A DNA stretch of 35,690 nucleotides from Deltaproteobacteria bacterium (GTDB lineage: Bacteria > CG2-30-53-67), in NCBI GenBank assembly GCA_013151235.1, contig JAADIO010000036.1:1-35690 (forward strand), in the 5' to 3' direction. The notes beneath the pieces were generated by a model. It did not search any database and was not told where the DNA came from. It worked only from the letters and a program-made list of their open reading frames with translations. How positions within the stretch are numbered: the stretch's first letter is position 1; every line of letters starts with the position of its first letter. The position numbers and the translations under genes were made by a program. Positions 7,027 through 15,892 of the stretch are shown one piece after another.

Positions 7027-9123
7027 TCAATCCTCGGATGACTGCTCACTGCTCTTCGCTTCCGAAATCACTTTGTCACTCAGGTGGGCGGGAAGTTCCG
7101 CATAATGATCAAAGGAGAGTTCAAAGGAACCCCGCCCCCCCGTAATAGACCGAAGTGTCGCCACATACTTCATGGTCTCCACCATGGGAACCTCAGCGGA
7201 AACAATCTGGGTACTCCCCCGCGCATCCACCCCCAGGACCTTGCCCCGGCGCGAGTTGAGGTCACTGATCACCCCGCCGACAAAATCATCGGGCACCATG
7301 ATCTGCATCTTCATGATCGGTTCCAACAGTACCGGGGCGGCTTCGAGGCACCCTTTTTTCAGGGCCATCGAAGCGGCTACCTTGAAGGCCATTTCCGAAG
7401 AATCAACACTGTGGTAGGAGCCGTCATAAAGAGTGGCTTTGAAATCAACCATGGGATAGCCCGCCAGCGGTCCTTTCCGGATCGCTTCGGTCAGGCCCTT
7501 TTCCACGGCGGGAATAAATTGCCGGGGGACCGCACCGCCGACGATCTCTTCGGCAAACTCAAAGCCCGACCCCTTGGGCAGGGGTTCAAAACGGATCCAG
7601 ACATCACCGAACTGGCCGTGACCGCCGGTCTGTTTCTTGTATTTGCCCTGGACCTCCGATTTCTTCCGGATGGTCTCCTTGTAAGGAATTTTCGGCTCCT
7701 TCAGGTCGACCTCAACACCGAATTTCTGCTTCATCCGGGCGAGAATGACCTCCATGTGAACCATCCCCATGACGGAGACAACCAGTTCGGAAGTCTCTTC
7801 GCGCCTTTCGATCTTCAGTGCGGGTTCCTCCTCCGCAATCTTCGAAAGGGCCTGGCCTAATTTGTCCTCATCCCCCTTCGATTTTGCCTCCACGGCGAAA
7901 GAGATCACGGGCTCAGGAAAGAGTATGGGAGAAAGACGGACGGGGGCGCTCTCGCTGCACAGGGTATCGCCGGTTACTGTATTCTTCAGCTTGGCCACGG
8001 CGGCGATTTCACCTACTCCAACCTCCGGGACCGACTTCTGCTCCTTGCCGGTAAGACGCAAGATCGTGCCTACCCGTTCTTTCTCATTGGAACAACTGTT
8101 CCAGACGGTCGAATCCGCCTTCATCACCCCGGAAAAGACCCGGAAAAAATTGAGCTTCCCCGCAAAAGGGTCGACAACCGTCTTGTAGACCTGGGCTACT
8201 AACGGTGCGTTGGGAGAAGGTTCGCGAGTAACCAATTCATCGTTTTCCGGGTTGACACCTTCAATCGCCCGCTCATCTCCCACCTGATCCGGGGCCGGGA
8301 GAAAAGAGATCACCCCGTCCAGAAAAAGATCGACCCCGATGTTCGGAAGCGCCGCTCCGCAATAGACCGGCACAAACTGACGCTCGGTCGTCCCTTTCGC
8401 GATGGCGGCACGGATCTCGTCATCCGTGACCACCCCTCCTTCGAGATACCGCTCCATCAGGTCATCGTCGGTCTCCACGGCGGTCTCCACTAATTTTTCG
8501 CGGAAGGCATCGACCTGCTCCTTCAATTCAGCGGGGATCTCCCCGGATCGGTTCACCTTGCCGTCAGTGTAGGTGCAGGACTCCATGGTCAGTAGATCAA
8601 AGACCCCCGTAAAGTCCGCCTCCTTTCCGAGGGGAAGCTGCATCACGAGGGGCCGCGCCTCCAGGGTGGACTCGATCATCTCAATGGCCTTGAAGAAATC
8701 CGAACGCTCCCGGTCCATCTTGTTCACGAAAATCATCGAGGCCAGTCCATAATCGGACAGATAACCCCACACCTTTTCCGTCTCCACCTTCACTCCGGAA
8801 ACGGCGCTGACCAGGACGACCGCCGAGTCCATTACCTTCAGGACCCCCTTGGTGTCGGCCAGAAAATTCGTGTACCCCGGGGTGTCCATACAGAAGATTT
8901 CTTTTTTCTTCCAGGGGATCACGGCCATGGAGGAAGAGAGCGTGCTCTTTCGTTCAATCTCTTCCGATGAATAGTCAAGAATGGAATTCCCTTCATCGAC
9001 CCGGTTTAATCGGGTCGTCACCTTCGCGTTGAACAGTGCCGCTTCACAAAAGGAGGTTTTTCCCACACCCCCGTGACCGACCACAGCCAGATTGCGAACT
9101 TCAGTCAGATCCTGCGTTGCCAT
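7027..9123 (-). CDS. fusA2: Elongation factor G paralog (EF-G2 type)
   Basis: GHGGVGKT, DTPGY, NKMDRE, KKQTGGHGQFG and DGSYHSVDSSEMAF; lacks RGITI and DTPGH; not in an rpsL-rpsG-tuf context. Confidence 0.9.
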   Translation of the reverse strand: MATQDLTEVRNLAVVGHGGVGKTSFCEAALFNAKVTTRLNRVDEGNSILDYSSEEIERKSTLSSSMAVIPWKKKEIFCMDTPGYTNFLADTKGVLKVMDSAVVLVSAVSGVKVETEKVWGYLSDYGLASMIFVNKMDRERSDFFKAIEMIESTLEARPLVMQLPLGKEADFTGVFDLLTMESCTYTDGKVNRSGEIPAELKEQVDAFREKLVETAVETDDDLMERYLEGGVVTDDEIRAAIAKGTTERQFVPVYCGAALPNIGVDLFLDGVISFLPAPDQVGDERAIEGVNPENDELVTREPSPNAPLVAQVYKTVVDPFAGKLNFFRVFSGVMKADSTVWNSCSNEKERVGTILRLTGKEQKSVPEVGVGEIAAVAKLKNTVTGDTLCSESAPVRLSPILFPEPVISFAVEAKSKGDEDKLGQALSKIAEEEPALKIERREETSELVVSVMGMVHMEVILARMKQKFGVEVDLKEPKIPYKETIRKKSEVQGKYKKQTGGHGQFGDVWIRFEPLPKGSGFEFAEEIVGGAVPRQFIPAVEKGLTEAIRKGPLAGYPMVDFKATLYDGSYHSVDSSEMAFKVAASMALKKGCLEAAPVLLEPIMKMQIMVPDDFVGGVISDLNSRRGKVLGVDARGSTQIVSAEVPMVETMKYVATLRSITGGRGSFELSFDHYAELPAHLSDKVISEAKSSEQSSED

Positions 9124-9295
9124 AGCACACCTCATCCATGAAATAAAAAGGTTGAAAGAAACACGACGTGATGAAAAAAACCAGGATCAAGAGGCAGGAA
9201 GGCCCATCCCCCGAAACTCTTGTACCGACAAACGAACGACTGAATGAAACAAACGGGAAAACCGATCCTCCCCCGAAAACCGGTCGGCTCGCAAA

Positions 9296-9562
9296 CTACC
9301 AGATACTCGACTCGACCTTGCCCCCCTTCATGACCAGGATGTCAACCACGGCATGATTAAAATAGTTCGTGGTATCAACAATCTCCGGGGCAACACGACT
9401 CCGGTAGAGTTCCCGTCCCTTCCGGAGGTCTTCGTCCAGCAGTTCAAAGAGATTATCGTTTTTAATCCCTTTTTCAATTTTGGGTTGATTATAAAGTGCG
9501 ATATCGGAGAGAATGGTTCTCGCCAGGCGTTTGGCTTTCTCGTGGTCGATGATTTGCGTCAT
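9296..9562 (-). CDS. Small conserved-type hypothetical protein (KRLARTILSDIALYN motif)
   Basis: GGGAGG RBS before ATG 9562; own promoter TTGACA-17-TACATT at 9588-9616 on the minus strand. Confidence 0.75.
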   Translation of the reverse strand: MTQIIDHEKAKRLARTILSDIALYNQPKIEKGIKNDNLFELLDEDLRKGRELYRSRVAPEIVDTTNYFNHAVVDILVMKGGKVESSIW

Positions 9563-9732
9563 GGAATTTCCTCCCATTGTCGGGTACAATGTACTTAATT
9601 TATCTTGTTTTGTCAACAATATCAAGCAATTTCGTTCTGCAATAAGCGGTTGCAATCACCCCCGTGATATGATATGAAAATCTATTTACACAAAGGGGGC
9701 TTGCACCCCCGTGTTTTCTTTTGGAGGATCAG

Positions 9733-10828
9733 ATGATTGATGAGCTGAAAAAGGAATTCAAAACGGTGGCCCATGATTTCGAACTCCTGCGGAGTCATCT
9801 TTGACCTCTCGGAGACGCACCGGCAATTAGAGCAGCTCGAAAGAACCATTTCCAACCCGGATTTCTGGAACAACCCTCAGAGCGCACAGAAACCGCTGAA
9901 GAAGCGTGCCGCCCTTCAGAATCAACTTTCCGAATGGAAAAAAGTGCAACAGGTCCACGACGACCTGGAGACCTTGATCGAACTTTGCCGGGAAGAAGAG
10001 GCGGAAGACCTCTATCCTGAAATCCGCACGGCTCTCCGGGAGTTCCGGACCGCCATGACCGACCTCGAACTGAAAACCATGCTCGGGGAAGAAAATGACC
10101 CCAACAACGCCATCGTCAACATCCATTCCGGTGCCGGGGGAACGGAATCACAGGACTGGGCGCAGATGCTCTTCCGCATGTATCAACGCTGGACGGAACG
10201 AAAAAGATTCAAAATCAAGATCCTCGACCTGATGTACGGCGAAGAAGCCGGGATCAAGAGCGTCACATTCATCGTCGAGGGAGAATATGCCTACGGTCTC
10301 CTTAAATCGGAAGACGGCGTACACCGGCTCGTCCGGATCTCTCCCTTCGACGCCGGGAAACGGCGTCATACCTCCTTTGCCTCCGTGATGATCCTGCCCG
10401 AATTGGACGAAGAAATCGAGGTACCGATCCGGGACGAGGACTTGCGGATCGACACCTACCGGTCGAGCGGTGCCGGTGGTCAGCATGTCAATGTCACCGA
10501 CTCCGCCGTTCGGATCACCCATCTCCCTACGGGGATTGTGGTGCAGTGTCAGAATGAACGCTCCCAGCACAAGAACAAGGCCTCCGCCCTGAAGGTCCTG
10601 AAGGCCCGGATCTATGAACTTGAAGTGGAGAAACAAAAGGAAAAAGTCGAGGAGATGCACGGCGAGAAAAAAGAGATCGGCTGGGGCAACCAGATCCGCT
10701 CCTACGTCCTTCAGCCCTACCAACTCGTTAAGGACAACCGGACCAAAGTGGAAAAAGGCAATGTCGAAGCCGTCCTCGACGGAGAGATTGATGAATTCAT
10801 GAAGGCCTACCTGTTACGAAAGAAATGA
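9733..10828 (+). CDS. prfB: Peptide chain release factor 2 with programmed +1 frameshift
   Basis: GGAGG RBS; ORF1 MIDELKKEFKTVAHDFELLRSHL ends at CTT TGA C (9799-9805); the +1 frame has SPF, GGQ and IRSYVLQPY. Confidence 0.96.
9790..9805 (+). promoter_or_regulatory. RF2 frameshift cassette (internal SD-like GGAG plus CTTTGAC)
   Basis: CGGAGTCATCTTTGAC, in frame with ATG 9733. Confidence 0.9.
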
Positions 10829-10861
10829 ACGGACGGCGGCCGTTCGGCATCGCTTCTTTTC

Positions 10862-10890
10862 TTGACGAGAGGGGCGAACTCTTCTATAGT
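10862..10890 (+). promoter_or_regulatory. Sigma70 promoter for lysS-lolC/E
   Basis: TTGACG, 17 nt, TATAGT. Confidence 0.65.
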
Positions 10891-10912
10891 GGCGGCGCAT
10901 TAAACGAAAAGG

Positions 10913-12409
10913 ATGGAAATGGCACAAGACGAAAACGAAATCATACAGCAGCGGAAGAAAAAAATCCGGGAGATGGAGGCGGAGGGCATCCCCCTTTACG
11001 CGCACCGTTACGACCCCGAAGATACCGCGGAGGCAATCCTTGCAAATTTCGGGAAGACCGCACCCGAGGCGCTGGAGAAGGAGAAACCTTCCGTCCATGT
11101 TGCCGGCCGGATCGTCTCCCTGCGCCGGTTCGGCAAGGCCGCCTTTGCCCACATCCGGGACGCAAGCGGCCGCATCCAGATCTTCGCCGCCAAAAACGTC
11201 CTGTCCGCCGAAGAATTCCGCCTCTTTAAACGGGTGGATATCGGCGACTTCATCGGCGTGCAGGGAGTGCTTTTCTTCACCCGGACCGGTGAACTGACCA
11301 TCGAAATCCGGACGCTGAAACTCCTGACCAAGGCCGTCCGGCCCCTGCCGGAAAAATGGCACGGCCTCAAGGACAAGGAAATCCGTTACCGCCAACGCTA
11401 TCTTGATCTGATCGCCAATCCCGATGTCCAACGGACCTTCGTTCAGCGGAGCCGGATCATTGCCGCGATAAGGGAGTTCATGAACCGGAGGGACTTCATC
11501 GAGGTAGAAACACCGATGATGCAGCCGATTCCCGGCGGCGCCACGGCCCGCCCGTTTGTCACCCATCACAACGCCTTAGGAATCGATCTCTATCTCCGGA
11601 TCGCCCCGGAACTCTACCTGAAACGGCTTTTGGTGGGCGGGTTTGAGCGGGTCTATGAACTGAACCGGAACTTCCGAAACGAGGGGATGGACCTCCAGCA
11701 CAATCCGGAATTCACCATGATCGAATTCTACATGGCCTATGCCGACTACAGGGACATGATGACCCTGACGGAAGAACTTCTCTCCGAGATCACCGGAAAG
11801 GTCCATGATTCCCTTGTACTTCCGTACAAGGGACACAAGATCAACATGGCCCCCCCCTATCGGCGGCTCCCCTACCGGGCGGCCCTCGAGGAAGCCCTGC
11901 AGGAAAAGGGGTTTGCCCCGGAGACACTGGACGACACGGCGGCCGTCCGCCGGGCGGCGGAGACCCTGGAGATCGCCCTGCCGCCGAAGGCGTCCCGCAC
12001 CAAGGTCCTGGACAAACTCTTTGAGACCCTGGTCGAAGAGAATCTGATTCAGCCGACCTTTGTCATCGATTATCCAACGGAACTTTCGCCCCTTTCCAAG
12101 CGAAAACCGGACAACCCCGATGAGGTGGAACGCTTCGAACTCTTCATCGCCGGGAAAGAGATGGCCAATGCCTTTTCCGAACTGAACGATCCCGAAGATC
12201 AGCGCGGCCGATTCGAGGCACAGGTCGCCGAACGCAAAGGGGGAGATGAAGAGGCCATGTATATGGACCACGATTTCGTCCGGGCACTGGAATACGGAAT
12301 GCCCCCCGCCGCAGGCGAAGGGATCGGCATCGACCGGCTCATCATGCTCCTGACCGGGAACGAATCGATCCGGGATGTCATTCTCTTCCCGCAGATGCGT
12401 CCGGAGTAG
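10913..12409 (+). CDS. lysS: Lysine--tRNA ligase, class II (start may be 10919)
   Basis: RYRQRYLDL, FIEVETP, LRIAPELYLKRL, RNFRNEG..HNPEF and YGMPPAAGEGIGIDRL. Confidence 0.97.
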   Translation: MEMAQDENEIIQQRKKKIREMEAEGIPLYAHRYDPEDTAEAILANFGKTAPEALEKEKPSVHVAGRIVSLRRFGKAAFAHIRDASGRIQIFAAKNVLSAEEFRLFKRVDIGDFIGVQGVLFFTRTGELTIEIRTLKLLTKAVRPLPEKWHGLKDKEIRYRQRYLDLIANPDVQRTFVQRSRIIAAIREFMNRRDFIEVETPMMQPIPGGATARPFVTHHNALGIDLYLRIAPELYLKRLLVGGFERVYELNRNFRNEGMDLQHNPEFTMIEFYMAYADYRDMMTLTEELLSEITGKVHDSLVLPYKGHKINMAPPYRRLPYRAALEEALQEKGFAPETLDDTAAVRRAAETLEIALPPKASRTKVLDKLFETLVEENLIQPTFVIDYPTELSPLSKRKPDNPDEVERFELFIAGKEMANAFSELNDPEDQRGRFEAQVAERKGGDEEAMYMDHDFVRALEYGMPPAAGEGIGIDRLIMLLTGNESIRDVILFPQMRPE

Positions 12410-12454
12410 CGGACCGCAATCCCGGATAAACGTCTATCAGGACAACAGCCCGTC

Positions 12455-13726
12455 ATGCGCTACGAACTCTTCATCGGTCTTCGCTACCTTAAGTCCAAAC
12501 GGAAGAATACCTTTGTCTCCATCATCACGCTGATCTCGATTATCGGCGTCACCGTCGGCGTCATGGCCCTGATCATCGTTCTGGCCGTCATGAGCGGTTT
12601 CGAAGAGGATCTGAAGGCCAAGATCCTCGGGACCAACTCTCATATTGTCGTCCTCTCCTTCGGGAAACAGGGGATGGCCGACTACCGGGACGTGGTAAAA
12701 AAAATCCGGGAGAACCCCCACGTCCGCTCGGCGACCCCCTTCATCTACAACCAGGTCATGCTGACTTCGGAAAGCAGCGTCGCCGGCGTGGTGCTTCGGG
12801 GAATCCTCCCGAAAGAGGAAGGCAAGGTGACCGACATCAACCGGAACATGGTGGCCGGCAACCTTGTGGATATCGCTCCACACCCGGCACGGCCCGGGAG
12901 CCCCCCTCCCCCACGGGGCATTGTGATCGGCAAGGAACTCGCCGGCATGCTGGGCGTTTTTTTGGGTGATCCCGTCAATGTCGTTTCCCCGCTCGGAAGG
13001 ATCACCCCTCTCGGAATGGTCCCCAAAATGACCCGGTTCAAGGTGGTGGGAATCTTCGATGCCGGTCTCTATGAATACGACACGGGACTGGCCTATGTCG
13101 GTCTTCAGGAGGCACAGCAGTTTTTTAACCTCAACAATCGTGTCACCGGCGTGGAGGTGAAGATCGACGACATCTATCAAGCCCCGAAGATCCGGAAAGA
13201 AATTCAGCACAGACTCGGCCCCGCCTTCTGGGCGAAAGACTGGATGCAGATGAACCGGAACCTCTTTTCCGCCCTGCGGCTTGAAAAGATCACCATGTTC
13301 ATTATCCTCTCCCTGATCGTCCTGGTCGCCGCCCTGAACATCATCAGCACCCTGACGATGGTTGTGATGGAAAAGGGGAAGGATATCGCCATCCTGAAAT
13401 CGATGGGTGCCCGGTGGCAGAGCATCATGCGGATCTTCATGGTCGAAGGGATGATCATCGGTTTTGTGGGGACGACCCTCGGTTCCACCCTGGGACTTCT
13501 GGTCGCGTTCAACCTGGAGTCCATCGTAGCCCTGATCGAACGGATCTTTCACTTCCAGCTCATCGACAGTTCCGTCTATTACATCGACAAACTCCCCTCC
13601 CGGGTGGAGCCCCTCGATGTACTCCTGGTGATCGGCATTTCCCTTCTGATCAGCCTCGCCTCGACCCTCTACCCTTCCTACAAGGCCTCCAGACTCGATC
13701 CCGTCGAAGCAATCCGCTACGAGTAA
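12455..13726 (+). CDS. lolC: Lipoprotein-releasing ABC transporter permease (LolC/E/F family)
   Basis: FIGLRYLKS, GVMALIIVLAVMSGF, EKGKDIAILKSMGA and YPSYKASRLDPVEAIRYE. Confidence 0.92.
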   Translation: MRYELFIGLRYLKSKRKNTFVSIITLISIIGVTVGVMALIIVLAVMSGFEEDLKAKILGTNSHIVVLSFGKQGMADYRDVVKKIRENPHVRSATPFIYNQVMLTSESSVAGVVLRGILPKEEGKVTDINRNMVAGNLVDIAPHPARPGSPPPPRGIVIGKELAGMLGVFLGDPVNVVSPLGRITPLGMVPKMTRFKVVGIFDAGLYEYDTGLAYVGLQEAQQFFNLNNRVTGVEVKIDDIYQAPKIRKEIQHRLGPAFWAKDWMQMNRNLFSALRLEKITMFIILSLIVLVAALNIISTLTMVVMEKGKDIAILKSMGARWQSIMRIFMVEGMIIGFVGTTLGSTLGLLVAFNLESIVALIERIFHFQLIDSSVYYIDKLPSRVEPLDVLLVIGISLLISLASTLYPSYKASRLDPVEAIRYE

Positions 13727-13785
13727 CATGATTCTTCACCCGCAAAATAAAAGGTCCTCCATGAACTACACCGGAGAATCATTTA

Positions 13786-13814
13786 TTGTCGAATTGCTGA
13801 TCCCTTGTTATAAT
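13786..13814 (+). promoter_or_regulatory. Promoter for the MshEN-PilT gene
   Basis: TTGTCG, 17 nt, TATAAT with a TG extended -10. Confidence 0.55.
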
Positions 13815-13881
13815 ATTTCTATAGCCACGAGGTGACCTGAGTTACCCATACCGGAATGTTTTCCCACCCATCGGAGGGACC

Positions 13882-15444
13882 ATGATCTCTACAAAACCGG
13901 CAACAGGCGATAAATTAGGTGAAATTCTGGTCAAGAACGGCCTCATCGGAGAAGACCAGCTGAAGGAGGCCCTGAAACGCCAGTATCAGCAGGGAGGATT
14001 TCTCGGAACCAACCTGATCATGCTGGGATATATTGATGAAGAAACCCTGATGAATGTCCTCAGCTCGAAGCTGGGCATTCAGAGCATCAATCTGACCGGC
14101 CATGAGATCACCCCCCTCCTCCAGCGGATGCTCCCCTTCGACAAGGTCAAGTTCCACAACGTCCTGCCCGTTGCGCTGGAAGGGAATACATTGATCGTGG
14201 CCATGGCCGACCCCACGGATCTCAAAATCCAGTACGATCTGGAATACACCCTGCGGCGTTCCATCCGCGGGGTTCTGGCCTCGGAAAAGGACATCCTCGA
14301 TGCCATCGCCTTCTTTGAAAAGGAAGGCTACGGGGAGCGGCCTTATACCAAGTCCTGTGTCGTACCCTCATTGCCGGATAAAACGCTCGACATCCGGGAA
14401 CTCCTGAAAGTTACTGTGGAAGAGAATGCCACCGATCTGCTGATTACCGCCGGAGTGGCGCCCTGCCTGAAGATCAACAACAAGGTAACTCGCCTCAAGA
14501 CCCCCTCGCTGACGCCCGGTCAGGTGGAAGAACTGGTTTTTTCGATCCTGACGGAAAACCAGAAAACAAAGTTGCAGCAACAGTCGGCCCTCGAATTCGC
14601 CTACTCCCTTTTCGATATGGGACGGTTCCGGATCAATATCTATTTTCAGCGAGGATCTCTCTCCCTGACCGCCCGGAACCTGATGGAACGGATTCCCTCT
14701 CTCGAAGAGTTGGGCCTTCCCGGCTGGGTCCGGGAGTATGCCTTACGGCCTCAGGGTCTGATCCTGGTCACCGGCCCGGCGGGACATGGAAAGTCAACCA
14801 CCATCGCCTCCCTCATAGAGGTGATCAACACCCATCATCAGTCCAATATCATTACCATTGAGGACCCCATCGAGTTCCTCTTCCAGCATAAGAACAGCAA
14901 CGTCAATCAGCGGGAGGTCGGAACCGATACAGCCTCCTTCTCTGAAGGGTTGAGAAACATCTTCCGTCAGAGTCCCGATGTCATCATGATCGGAGAACTT
15001 CGGGATTACGAAAGCATCTCCATCGCCCTCAGTGCTGCGGAGACGGGGCATCTGGTATTGGGGACGCTCCACACCCTGAATGCCACGGCCACCATCGACC
15101 GTTTGATTAACGTCTTCCCCGGAGATCAGCACAACCAGATCCGGGCCCAATTGGCCGAATCCCTCCTCTTGATCCTCTCTCAACGGCTGGTCCTCTCCCG
15201 GGACGGCAAGAGCCGAGTACTGGCTTACGAAAAGCTGACCCCTTCATCCAGGGTCCGGAACCTGATCCGGATCAAGAAGATCCATCAACTGCGCACCCAG
15301 ATGCTGAACGAACAGGAAGATTTCGAATCGATCGATTCCAGCTTGATCAAACTGGCCAGAGAAGGAAAAATACGGAGGGAAGAAGCCCTGAAGTTTGCCG
15401 ATAACCAGAACTTTGTAAATGACATAATCAACAAAAAGAGGTAA
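13882..15444 (+). CDS. PilT/PilU-family ATPase fused to an N-terminal MshEN/T2SSE_N domain
   Basis: N-terminal KLGEILVKNGLIGEDQLKEALKRQ..FLGTNLIMLG and VAMADP; core GPAGHGKST, TIEDPIE, QREVG, PDVIMIGELRD, AETGHLVLGTLHT and VRNLIR. Confidence 0.88.
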   Translation: MISTKPATGDKLGEILVKNGLIGEDQLKEALKRQYQQGGFLGTNLIMLGYIDEETLMNVLSSKLGIQSINLTGHEITPLLQRMLPFDKVKFHNVLPVALEGNTLIVAMADPTDLKIQYDLEYTLRRSIRGVLASEKDILDAIAFFEKEGYGERPYTKSCVVPSLPDKTLDIRELLKVTVEENATDLLITAGVAPCLKINNKVTRLKTPSLTPGQVEELVFSILTENQKTKLQQQSALEFAYSLFDMGRFRINIYFQRGSLSLTARNLMERIPSLEELGLPGWVREYALRPQGLILVTGPAGHGKSTTIASLIEVINTHHQSNIITIEDPIEFLFQHKNSNVNQREVGTDTASFSEGLRNIFRQSPDVIMIGELRDYESISIALSAAETGHLVLGTLHTLNATATIDRLINVFPGDQHNQIRAQLAESLLLILSQRLVLSRDGKSRVLAYEKLTPSSRVRNLIRIKKIHQLRTQMLNEQEDFESIDSSLIKLAREGKIRREEALKFADNQNFVNDIINKKR

Positions 15445-15489
15445 AGCTGCATACCGAACGTACAACCATCTTCAAAAAAAAGGAAGAGT

Positions 15490-15798
15490 TTAGGAAAGCG
15501 GACGAGCATCTCCCGAGACCTCATCCTGCCGGAGCTCCCTTTCCTTCTCCCTTCCGAAGCTCTCCAGAAATTGCCGCACTTCGGGAACCAGATAGGTCTC
15601 TTCAAGGGACAGGCCGGAAAGGGCCCGACCCAGGATTTCTGCTTTTTCCTGGACTGTCAGGGTTTTTCGGATGATGATCATCCGGTCCTCCTTGACACGG
15701 CAGATGCCACCCCGGCTGTTGCACCGCTCATAACGGACCTGAATCGAGAGTTTCTGTGCCAGCATTTCGAGCTGTTCCAGCATCTCCTGTGCATCCAT
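15490..15798 (-). CDS. Small hypothetical protein (VRYE...GGICRV...YLVPEVR)
   Basis: GAGGA RBS; last co-oriented ORF of the pgsA cluster. Confidence 0.75.
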   Translation of the reverse strand: MDAQEMLEQLEMLAQKLSIQVRYERCNSRGGICRVKEDRMIIIRKTLTVQEKAEILGRALSGLSLEETYLVPEVRQFLESFGREKERELRQDEVSGDARPLS

Positions 15799-15892
15799 TT
15801 TAAATCATCCTCATGGAACCAAATCCTCTGATCAAAAGACCGTTCCCCGTCTACGCACGAAACGCACAAAGACGTATTGGAGTACCGCAATC

